From NCBI GenBank assembly GCA_035623825.1, contig DASPSR010000007.1, forward strand, positions 1 through 64,000: a stretch of DNA of 64,000 nucleotides. The letters run 5' to 3'. Positions 52,490 through 60,655 of this stretch are shown one piece after another (within the stretch, counting starts at the first letter, position 1; each line of letters opens with the position of its first letter). Both the position numbers and the translations under genes were made by a program. The notes beneath the pieces are model-generated. The model did not search any database and was not told the origin of the DNA. It worked only from the letters and a program-made list of their open reading frames with translations. The stretch is from Nitrospirota bacterium (GTDB lineage: Bacteria; Nitrospirota; UBA9217).

Positions 52490-52538
52490 GACGAATTTCC
52501 TCCTCTATGAGTATTATGTATTCAATGTAAACTGTACG

Positions 52539-53957
52539 TTAGAATTCGGCCATTTCCGCCGCCATCTTTCTTTCCGACCACCAGTTGAAGAACTTAACTC
52601 CTCCAAATGCACCGACCACCATGCCCAGACCGTAAAGCCATCCACTGGGATCGCCGCCAGCAACGCGAATGAAAAACGCGCCGATGTTACAGCCGAGTGC
52701 GGGACGCGAGCCCAGCCCCATCAGGGTGCCTCCGAGCAGACCCCAAACGATGAGCTCCCCTTTCGGCAGCTTGAACTTGAACTCCTTGCTCATGAGAGAC
52801 ATGATCATGGCGCCGAAAATGATGCCGAAGGACATCCAAAGGGCCGGGTTGCGCCAGAGTTCGGGGAGCCCGTTATTGACACCGAAGAACACGTTGTTCC
52901 GCATATTCCAGCCGAGCTTGTCGAGAACCCATGCTCCGAACTGTCCCTCCTGACTTGTGATATACCAGTAGCCCGGGTCGAACACCGTGCCCCTGATGCT
53001 GGTATCGGCGGCATGTCCCATCTTGGTGAGGAGCTGTCCGAAATTCGAGACACCGAACTTGATCTGCATGCCCTTCATGACGAAGATGTGGAGTCCTGCC
53101 GTGATGCCAATGATGACACCCATCAGGGTCGTCCTTTTGGAAGCGGTCAGCATGCTCCAGATCCCGGAGAACTCATCAGCGAAGCCGGTTGGCTTGCCAG
53201 TCTGCTTTGTTCGTTTTTTGATGAACCCTTTCCGGATATAGAAGGCATAGATGACGATAATCAGGATGAGGGCAGGAATGATCGCACTGATGAGCGCATC
53301 TCCGATGAAGTACTTTGTTACGCCGGGGAGGGCTCCTCCGATAGACTTGGTGTGTGAAAGCTGAATGGCGGGCTGGTCCCAGACGTACCCGGTGAGGTAG
53401 TAGTCGAACCAGGAATTGACCTTGTCGACGGGGAGGTTCTTTGCGGCAGAGGATGCCTTCCAGGAATCGGGAACCAGTGCCAGGAACGGTCCTCCGACAT
53501 TCACAAAGATAGCCTGGCCAAAGGATATCCCCAGTATGGAAAGTATCGAGGTGCCGTTGCCTTCGCCGATCTTGTACAGCGACCCCGATGCGCATCCGCC
53601 GGCAAGGACCATTCCCACACCAAAGATCATCCCCGATATCAGAGTGTGAACGCCGAACGGAGCCGGGTGGAAGGTGCTCATGTTGGTCGCTTGGAGCGTT
53701 GCCTGGATGATGCTGAAAAATATGAGCGCGACCAAAATGCCGACCGCCATTCTTGGAACGCCTGCGGCAAACAAATCCCTCGATGCCGACGCGAAACAGA
53801 ACCTGCCGTATTGAAGCATTATGCCGTAAGCAATTCCGAACCAGATGTATACTACGAGGTACATATAGTATACATTTGCCTTGTAATAAAGCAGGCTAAT
53901 GAGAATCAGCAAGCCTGTTATTACGAAGGCCCATATCTGATTTCTTCTTTCTTCCAT
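52539..53957 (-). CDS. YeeE/YedE family sulfur transporter, long form
   Basis: GRFCFAS, GGCASG and LGCNIG motifs; two large loop insertions relative to the 43222 copy. Confidence 0.92.
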   Translation of the reverse strand: MEERRNQIWAFVITGLLILISLLYYKANVYYMYLVVYIWFGIAYGIMLQYGRFCFASASRDLFAAGVPRMAVGILVALIFFSIIQATLQATNMSTFHPAPFGVHTLISGMIFGVGMVLAGGCASGSLYKIGEGNGTSILSILGISFGQAIFVNVGGPFLALVPDSWKASSAAKNLPVDKVNSWFDYYLTGYVWDQPAIQLSHTKSIGGALPGVTKYFIGDALISAIIPALILIIVIYAFYIRKGFIKKRTKQTGKPTGFADEFSGIWSMLTASKRTTLMGVIIGITAGLHIFVMKGMQIKFGVSNFGQLLTKMGHAADTSIRGTVFDPGYWYITSQEGQFGAWVLDKLGWNMRNNVFFGVNNGLPELWRNPALWMSFGIIFGAMIMSLMSKEFKFKLPKGELIVWGLLGGTLMGLGSRPALGCNIGAFFIRVAGGDPSGWLYGLGMVVGAFGGVKFFNWWSERKMAAEMAEF

Positions 53958-54264
53958 AATACTATTTCCCCCTTAAAAATAGTTTTGAAAGATGTTGCTC
54001 ATGTGCAAGGCAGTTTTCTTATTGTAAGATGATCACGCCCCCCTTCGCCGTTGAAATCGCTCGAAAAACCCGTCAATTATTTTAAGATCGTGGATGCGGG
54101 TAAATTTATGATGCGCAGGTTATCCGGAGATATATATAATATATAAACGGAGTATCAAAAACAAGCACTATTTTGCATGTAATGTTGCGTAATTGCATGA
54201 TTTTGCAACAAAAAACGGATTGAACGTGCAGCGAAGCTGATGGACAGCTTATTCAAGGATTTTT

Positions 54265-55962
54265 TTAGCGGGTAAAGGAGACATCTTTTCGATAGATTCT
54301 GACGCCGACACTGTATCGAAATATTTCTTCTCTCACATTGAACACTTTGGTTAATCGGTAGCCTTCGAGCCTCTGTGCAACAGGTTTCGGCAACGGGTCA
54401 TCTGAAGCGTCCAAAATTACAATGACGGGAACGCTTAAAAATGCATCTGGTTTGACCATATAGTATGCCGGGTTCCGGTATTCCCAGGTAAATCGGAGAG
54501 GAGACCGTTCAATCTCCTCGCGGGGTGGGATGCCTTCAGGCCTGTATTGATATCGTATCTGCTGGTCCGTGAAAAGGTCGAGAAGGGGAACAGCTACAGC
54601 AGGATTTACAACGGGCTCCTTCGAAGCCAGCGTTATGACTTCGACCTCCCCGGCTTCCATCCTATTGAGATACTCCCCGGCATGTTTAAGGTTAACGATG
54701 CTCATGCGTTCTGCAAGCGGCAGGTAGGCGAAGATTCCGATAACAAGCGATGTCGTGACTGTGCTGAAGACAATGAATCGTTTCAACGCATCCTGTTTGA
54801 TGACCTGCAGCCCGTACCCTGCCATAAGAGTAAGCATGGGAAAGACGGGTACTATGTATCGGATCCTCTTGATGTTAAAGAGGATGATGAGTAGGACGAG
54901 CCAGCAGGTAATTACATAATTTATGTCCCGTTTGCGGAATGCAACCACGAGGGAAGCAAGTGCTGATGCCGCAATGAAGGGGTGTGTCTGGAATAGAAAG
55001 GTCGAAACGAAGCTTTCTCCCCACCGGGCAAGGCCGCGTTGTTGAAACCCGTGCAGAAGTCCGACCTGTTCTGAAACCACGTCGAACTTTAAAATCAGCA
55101 TCACTCCCGAAACTGCCGCTGCCGTGAGCAGGATAACAACCCCTCTTAGAAGCGGGCGGCGGTCTTTCGACCATGCATGACCTACGATGTAAACGATCAA
55201 CACGACTCCGAGCACGGAGAGCATGAGCCAGGCAGAATACTTGGTGAGAACGGTGAGAACAATCGCCGCTATGGCACATGCAACTCTCGCGGACCGACCT
55301 TTGTTGAGCGCTTCGAGAAATGTGAACACCGACAGGGCGAGGAAAAACATGGTTGGTACATCCACCAGCATAAGCGGGACCTGGGTCAGCAGATAGGGAA
55401 TGCCGAGGAGCAGCATCCCGGCAGAAAATCCTGTTTCCCTGTCCCAAAGTGTTTTCCCGATGAGAGATGTCAGAACAACGGTCAGAGAGAACAGTACGGT
55501 CGTAAACATCTGGATAAAGATTCTGCTCTCACCGAAAAGTTTGAAGATTATTCCGTAGAGAAATGGTACGAGCGGCATATCCGTCCAGGCAAAGATCGTT
55601 CTGCCCCATTCTTTCAGAAAATAGCCGATGCCGTACACTTCGAGGTGCTTTGCCTGGGTAAAATATCGCGACGCGTCAACGATGATCTCTGATTCTTTCC
55701 AAAAAAGCGCGCTGGAAGCAAATGAGAGCGCCACAAGAAGCGGGATCTGATATCTATCGGAGACGGCGCCTCGCGACAGGAAAAAAGAAACGATGAGACC
55801 CGCGACGATACCGATGTAAATCCGTGAAATATCGACGCTGGCAAATACCCACGACCAGCTGAACAGGGCATTGTCGTCTGCATCGCGGAGGAGAATAAGG
55901 GCGACAAAGATCAAAAGACACACAACGGCGATGAGGATAAAACTGGCAGGTTTGTCTTGCAC
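54265..55962 (-). CDS. GT-C membrane glycosyltransferase (ArnT/PMT-like, family 39/83)
   Basis: Many TM; DASRY luminal loop, DMPL, LVDVP, TKY and RY..P..P motifs; GTG start inferred from upstream TATAAT. Confidence 0.78.
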   Translation of the reverse strand: MQDKPASFILIAVVCLLIFVALILLRDADDNALFSWSWVFASVDISRIYIGIVAGLIVSFFLSRGAVSDRYQIPLLVALSFASSALFWKESEIIVDASRYFTQAKHLEVYGIGYFLKEWGRTIFAWTDMPLVPFLYGIIFKLFGESRIFIQMFTTVLFSLTVVLTSLIGKTLWDRETGFSAGMLLLGIPYLLTQVPLMLVDVPTMFFLALSVFTFLEALNKGRSARVACAIAAIVLTVLTKYSAWLMLSVLGVVLIVYIVGHAWSKDRRPLLRGVVILLTAAAVSGVMLILKFDVVSEQVGLLHGFQQRGLARWGESFVSTFLFQTHPFIAASALASLVVAFRKRDINYVITCWLVLLIILFNIKRIRYIVPVFPMLTLMAGYGLQVIKQDALKRFIVFSTVTTSLVIGIFAYLPLAERMSIVNLKHAGEYLNRMEAGEVEVITLASKEPVVNPAVAVPLLDLFTDQQIRYQYRPEGIPPREEIERSPLRFTWEYRNPAYYMVKPDAFLSVPVIVILDASDDPLPKPVAQRLEGYRLTKVFNVREEIFRYSVGVRIYRKDVSFTR

Positions 55963-56352
55963 GGAGGCATTATAGCATTGGCTCGTATGAAGTTCTACGA
56001 TTTTCGACCCGAGCGTCAGTTGTTGCCGGCCGAAAAGGATGACGCCGAAAAGCACTGCTATTTTGGCTGACCGCTGCACGAGGTCATTTAGGTGCTCATG
56101 CTTATTCGAGAGATGGCCGCCCTTTGTCCCAGACGAACAGCATAAACGTGCATATTCTCCTCAATTCGACCAAAATAGTCGTCGGAGCATGCCTTGTGAC
56201 ATGTCCTTTGCGTTTTTTTTGAAGATCGCTTGCGGACAGCCCAAACGACGTGTCGGACAGATGAAAGTAATCTCGTAGATGCTGCTAATGGGCAGCTCGT
56301 TACTTGAACTCAATGACGCCGAAAATAGTGGGCTAGGAAACAAGATGAGGCC

Positions 56353-56378
56353 CCGGGAGGCACCGGAATGCCTCCCGG
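56353..56378 (-). terminator. Hairpin downstream of the rhodanese gene
   Basis: CCGGGAGGCA/TGCCTCCCGG perfect 10-bp stem; weak U tract. Confidence 0.5.
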
Positions 56379-56386
56379 AAGAAGAT

Positions 56387-56887
56387 TCATTTTACGATTG
56401 GATAGTTCTTGCTGGCTGCGCCTTGGATGGCTTCCTGCATCTTCTGCCCTCCGCGATAGCCCTTGATCCATGCAGCGTAGCCGAAAGCCATGGTGTAGGC
56501 ATCGTAGCCGAGCGCGCGCAAGCCCACGATTGGGAGATTCTGTGTTTGGCCGGTTACGCAGACGACAATAACTTTCTTGTTCTTAGGGAGCTTCTTGAGA
56601 TTTTCGAGCTTAAAGATGTCCTGGACGGTTATCTGCATAGAACCGGGGATGTGCCCTTCACTGTACTCGGCCGGATTGGGCCGCACATCGACGATCACGA
56701 AGTCGGTCTTCTTCTCGTTGATCATGGCCATTACCTCGTCGGCCGTGATTTGCCAGAACTTGGCTTCTGGACCTTTGGATAGCACCGCATTCAGCTTTGC
56801 TGCCATATCATCTGCGGCAGACGCAGCAGGGATTGTGACAGCCACGGCAAGAATCAATACCCACATTACAAACAAGATCTTTTTCAT
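56387..56887 (-). CDS. Exported rhodanese-domain sulfurtransferase
   Basis: Signal peptide (..ASA-AD); DVR...EY..GHIPGS; active-site loop CVTGQT; AAGGAGG RBS. Confidence 0.9.
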   Translation of the reverse strand: MKKILFVMWVLILAVAVTIPAASAADDMAAKLNAVLSKGPEAKFWQITADEVMAMINEKKTDFVIVDVRPNPAEYSEGHIPGSMQITVQDIFKLENLKKLPKNKKVIVVCVTGQTQNLPIVGLRALGYDAYTMAFGYAAWIKGYRGGQKMQEAIQGAASKNYPIVK

Positions 56888-56961
56888 TGCCCCCTCCTTA
56901 AGTGTATGCATAATGTTCACCACTCGCTTCCTTCCGAGAAACGGCTTTTTTATTACGAACG

Positions 56962-57264
56962 TCACAGTATGATTACTCGGTCCGCCTCATGCTGCATGAC
57001 GGCGTTGTTGTACTGGCTCCCACAGACGATTTCCGATGGAAGGCCCTCCGATGTAACCCCCAGGTGCTTTGCGCTATGATCGCAGAAACTCACGGTTACC
57101 CCTGTTGTCCTGCACAATTCGGCGAATGCGGGTGTTCCAACGAGCTTTGTGCCAGCATCCATGTTAAAGAGCATGACGGTATGTCCCTTTGCAAGGGCCA
57201 CTTTGGTAATCCCCTGCACTGCGTCAAGATTTTTATTGGTGTTCACAAGTATGCCGAGCTTCAT
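56962..57264 (-). CDS. DsrE-like sulfur relay protein (copy A)
   Basis: LF.MD.G, FCDHS and CGSQYNNA...ADRV motifs. Confidence 0.82.
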   Translation of the reverse strand: MKLGILVNTNKNLDAVQGITKVALAKGHTVMLFNMDAGTKLVGTPAFAELCRTTGVTVSFCDHSAKHLGVTSEGLPSEIVCGSQYNNAVMQHEADRVIIL

Positions 57265-57348
57265 GCGTGCTCCCTCCCCTCGAATCGAATATCGCGCGTC
57301 CGGATGTGCCTGTTTCCGGAAAGCCTGAACCAACCTGCAGCTTCTCGT

Positions 57349-57516
57349 CTACCAGGATATAACTTTATCGCTGGAGAAAATGAGATCGACGATCTGGTCG
57401 TAGTTCTTGTTCTCTTTGAGATTCACGACTGTGACGTCATTTCCTTTTTTATGTACTTCCATGATCTTTTTTGCCGTGGCATCGAAATCCTGCTTTTGAA
57501 TGTATAAAATTTTCAT
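57349..57516 (-). CDS. Small DsrH/TusB-like conserved protein (55 aa, copy A; not in ORF track)
   Basis: Manual translation MKILYIQKQDFDATAKKIMEVHKKGNDVTVVNLKENKNYDQIVDLIFSSDKVISW; GAGGTG RBS; homologous to 59604..59774. Confidence 0.8.
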   Translation of the reverse strand: MKILYIQKQDFDATAKKIMEVHKKGNDVTVVNLKENKNYDQIVDLIFSSDKVISW

Positions 57517-57541
57517 TAGTCATCACCTCGTTCTGGTTACT

Positions 57542-57814
57542 TTAGTACGGAAGGATATGGTCATATTCCAGAAGTTTTTGCGCCAGTTCTTCAGTTGAAA
57601 TGTAATCCATTCCCGAGTTCTCTTTCGTGTTCGTGGCAAGCTTCATTCCCAGGTCCTTGATGGTCTCGAGATTCAGGTCGTTGTCATCGTTCTTTTCAAC
57701 CTTTCGGTCCAACACATATACATCGATGGTATCATCCATGAGCGTGATCCCCACAGACATCCTCAGGGCCTCACCTTGCCGGTCCCTGACGAGTACAGCA
57801 ATTTTTTTCCCCAC
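57542..57814 (-). CDS. DsrF-like conserved protein (copy A)
   Basis: KKIAVLVRDRQGEALR...EELAQKLLEYD.ILPY; AAGGAGG RBS before GTG; homologous to 59305..59583. Confidence 0.8.
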   Translation of the reverse strand: MGKKIAVLVRDRQGEALRMSVGITLMDDTIDVYVLDRKVEKNDDNDLNLETIKDLGMKLATNTKENSGMDYISTEELAQKLLEYDHILPY

Positions 57815-58263
57815 GGTATCCTCCTTAATTGAGATTCGCAGCCTTGTCATCGTGTTTTTCCGAATAAATTTCAAGAATTAGAATCTGCGGACAAGAATGC
57901 GTGATTGGAATTGAACAACACCTCCTCCCATCCTCAACATCAGGCGGTGATGCAAAATGTTGAGAAGACGTTCAGTACCGGCAGATATGTTACATGCTCC
58001 AGCATGCATGATCGCGCTTGCGCAGGCACTTAGTTGCGGGATATAGAATTTTATCGGTTTTTAAATTATATTCTTATTGTATGAGGAAGATAGGGACCTA
58101 ATAAACACATTAATAACATAATACAAAAAAAAATAAAATGCAAGCAGAGGCCGTTGGCCCTGCCATAAACTCTCATTATGGAGCAATGAAAGTTTTTAAT
58201 AGGCATGCCGCGGGATGATGTGCGGTCTGACCTTTCATTTTATTTAAGTTCGAAAAACGCATA

Positions 58264-58292
58264 TTGACACGAGGGATGGTTTTTGTTAAGTT
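58264..58292 (+). promoter_or_regulatory. Putative sigma70 promoter of tusA with ~190 nt leader
   Basis: TTGACA-17 nt-TAAGTT. Confidence 0.55.
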
Positions 58293-58490
58293 ACTATACT
58301 CAGGAACTCATAAATGCATTCTGGATAATTGCCGATCTGCTGATACGGTAGTGTGGTGTGCGCAGAGTGGGCCACTTGTCCAGCATGCTTCTGAATAAAA
58401 CATCGGGGATATAGTAGTGATCGTTAAGTTGAAAGAATCGGGCAAATTAAACAGCCCGAATTTGATACTCAATGGTGAGGAGGAATAATC

Positions 58491-58739
58491 ATGGCACTGA
58501 AAGATGAAGCACCGAAGCAAACGCTGGATACTCTTGGTAGGGTATGCCCCTATCCGCTGTTGTTGACCAAAAAAGCGCTGGAAAAGCTCGGAAGCGGCCA
58601 GATGCTCAAGGTTCTTTGCGATGCCCCTGCTTCTGCCGAGGACAGCATCCCGCGCTACTGCGAGAAAAACAAATTTGCCTTTGAAGCTGTGAAATTGGAA
58701 GACAAAGGCATGTGGGAGCTCTATATCAAGAAGTCATAA
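58491..58739 (+). CDS. TusA family sulfurtransferase
   Basis: LDTLGRVCPYPLL.TKKAL, L.VLCD.PAS; GAGGAGG RBS. Confidence 0.93.
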   Translation: MALKDEAPKQTLDTLGRVCPYPLLLTKKALEKLGSGQMLKVLCDAPASAEDSIPRYCEKNKFAFEAVKLEDKGMWELYIKKS

Positions 58740-58826
58740 GCGCGTGAGCAGTACCCTCATAGCTCTCAATGGTTTTATCCGACCGTGATCTGTTATTTTC
58801 CGGCATCCAAACTTGCCGCACCACAA

Positions 58827-58860
58827 GCCGGGCAGTGTTAATCTGCCCGGCACTCTTTAT
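58827..58860 (+). terminator. Hairpin/terminator after tusA
   Basis: GCCGGGCAG/CTGCCCGGC stem followed by ACTCTTTAT. Confidence 0.55.
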
Positions 58861-58971
58861 GCCTAAGACAGAATAAAACAGTTGTTAGGAAATCAATCTT
58901 GGCAGGTTAATGGCAATTATCGGTCCGATTCCATTGTTTTGCTATATTCTACGAGAGAGGAGGTGAAAATC

Positions 58972-59277
58972 ATGGCAAATGGAATGTTGGGTATGATGGT
59001 TACCAAGTATGAGAACCTGGAGCATATCACTGGAGTAGTTAAAGCGGCATCGGATGCAGGGCATCCGGTAGTGATATTCTTGACTGACGAAGGAGTGCGT
59101 TTCACGAGGGATCCAAAGTTTCTGGAATTGCTCAAGGTTCCCGGCGTTGAGCTGTCCTGTTGTGACCACAGTTGCGAGCTGATCGGGATTCATGAAAAGA
59201 CGGCTGGCATCTCGTACGGCAGCCAGTACAACAATGCCGGAATGCTGCATGACAGCACCCGGGTACTAGTGTTCTAG
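58972..59277 (+). CDS. DsrE-like sulfur relay protein (copy B)
   Basis: IFLTDEGV, CCDHSC and GSQYNNA motifs; GGAGGTG RBS. Confidence 0.82.
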   Translation: MANGMLGMMVTKYENLEHITGVVKAASDAGHPVVIFLTDEGVRFTRDPKFLELLKVPGVELSCCDHSCELIGIHEKTAGISYGSQYNNAGMLHDSTRVLVF

Positions 59278-59304
59278 CAAATATGAGAAGAAGGGGAGTT
59301 TTCT

Positions 59305-59583
59305 ATGGGAGATACGAAAAAAATAGCAGTGATCGTGAGGGACAGGCCGAGCGAGGCGCTCCGTGTTTCAGGAGGGCTTACCCTGGCCGACGATACAATA
59401 GATGTCTTTGTGCTGGACCGGAAACTTGACAAGAGCAATCCCGAAATCGCGACGCCACTTGAACTGGTCAACGAACTTGACCTGAAGATGTATTCCAATA
59501 ATCCCGAAAACGGGTACACGACAATCACACTTGAGGAGATGGCGAAGAAGCTCCTCGAATATGATTTAGTAGTGCCATACTAA
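59305..59583 (+). CDS. DsrF-like conserved protein (copy B)
   Basis: KKIAVIVRDRPSEALR...EEMAKKLLEYDLVVPY. Confidence 0.8.
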   Translation: MGDTKKIAVIVRDRPSEALRVSGGLTLADDTIDVFVLDRKLDKSNPEIATPLELVNELDLKMYSNNPENGYTTITLEEMAKKLLEYDLVVPY

Positions 59584-59603
59584 CATGATAGGGGGTTTCA
59601 ACC

Positions 59604-59774
59604 GTGAGGATCCTGCATATCTTAAAAACAACGCCTGATGCAAGCACAAAAAAGATCATGCAAGTGCACTCGGCAGGGCATCAGGTAAAGACCGTTGAGC
59701 TGTATAAGGGAGGCGTTTCCTACGACGGGCTTGTGGCGGAAGTATTCGCGCACGACAAAGTGTTCTGCTGGTAA
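59604..59774 (+). CDS. Small DsrH/TusB-like conserved protein (56 aa, copy B; not in ORF track)
   Basis: Manual translation MRILHILKTTPDASTKKIMQVHSAGHQVKTVELYKGGVSYDGLVAEVFAHDKVFCW; GTG start after AGGGGG. Confidence 0.78.
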   Translation: MRILHILKTTPDASTKKIMQVHSAGHQVKTVELYKGGVSYDGLVAEVFAHDKVFCW

Positions 59775-60007
59775 GGGCAGCATGCAGATAATCCCGGTGG
59801 TCGGGATTGTTGGAAGGACAGGCGCGACAACGAGGGCTTGCGCTGGCGGGGGATGAGCGCGGCTCGTGTTTGATCATAAGAATAAGCGAAGCAATTCAGT
59901 ACCGCATCAGCAGAACCGACTTCGTACACCACTTTTTTAACTGCGACAATAAAACAGGCATCGTAGCCGCTATCCCTGGACCTGCTTTGACTACCTGTGG
60001 CAGAAAT

Positions 60008-60655
60008 TTAAAACTCAAACAGTAATCCAGCGAGCCAGCTCGACCCTCCGAGATTGACGGAGCCGCCAGTGTTAGTGTTCGCCATGGCGTGAGTGTACTC
60101 AACTTCTACGAACAAGTAGGTGTGAAATACGCCGATGTCTTCGTACAGGCTCGTCGATGCGCTCTGATCGATCCTGTCCAGCAACATCTGGAGCCCTCCC
60201 CTGCCGTGATACCCGTCGGCCGTGCCGCGGGCTGTGGACTGGGATTGAAGCTCCTCCTTATAATATATGCGGGTCCAACCGCCGCCGATGTAGGGAACGA
60301 GCAACTGCTTTTCACTGAATACCCCGCGCACGAGGACAAAGGCGTTCACAGGAGCGAGCTCATACGTCACCGATCCGGCCGTAATCCCGTGCAGCGGGGC
60401 CAACGCTTCTCCGTTGTCCTTTATATAACCGCCCTGGATGCCCACCTCGATCTGTCTGGTGATTTTGTATGCCAATGAGCCCGCGTATTCACCGGTATAA
60501 TCCTTCCCGTAGTAGGTCGACCAGTTGCTGATGTCCGGATAGAAACGGCCGCCCTTAATTTCCAATGACCAATGAGGACGCTCCTGATCTGAACCAGCTG
60601 CGAAAACAACTACCGGGAAGAAGGAGAAGAGCAAAATCAGGATGGATTTCTTCAA
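60008..60655 (-). CDS. Outer-membrane beta-barrel protein (MXAN_2562-like)
   Basis: Signal peptide, alternating beta strands, LVPY.GGG motif, C-terminal Phe (GLLFEF); start overlaps upstream stop. Confidence 0.72.
   Translation of the reverse strand: MKKSILILLFSFFPVVVFAAGSDQERPHWSLEIKGGRFYPDISNWSTYYGKDYTGEYAGSLAYKITRQIEVGIQGGYIKDNGEALAPLHGITAGSVTYELAPVNAFVLVRGVFSEKQLLVPYIGGGWTRIYYKEELQSQSTARGTADGYHGRGGLQMLLDRIDQSASTSLYEDIGVFHTYLFVEVEYTHAMANTNTGGSVNLGGSSWLAGLLFEF

Noticed and set aside
43222-59774. Selenocysteine recoding in YeeE/TusA/DsrE/rhodanese genes
   Set aside because: The catalytic positions examined are normal Cys codons and the ORFs are full length; no in-frame TGA at a conserved Cys position was seen
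35836-59774. Locus as a recently integrated genomic island or prophage
   Set aside because: No integrase, tRNA, att repeats or obvious compositional break was seen
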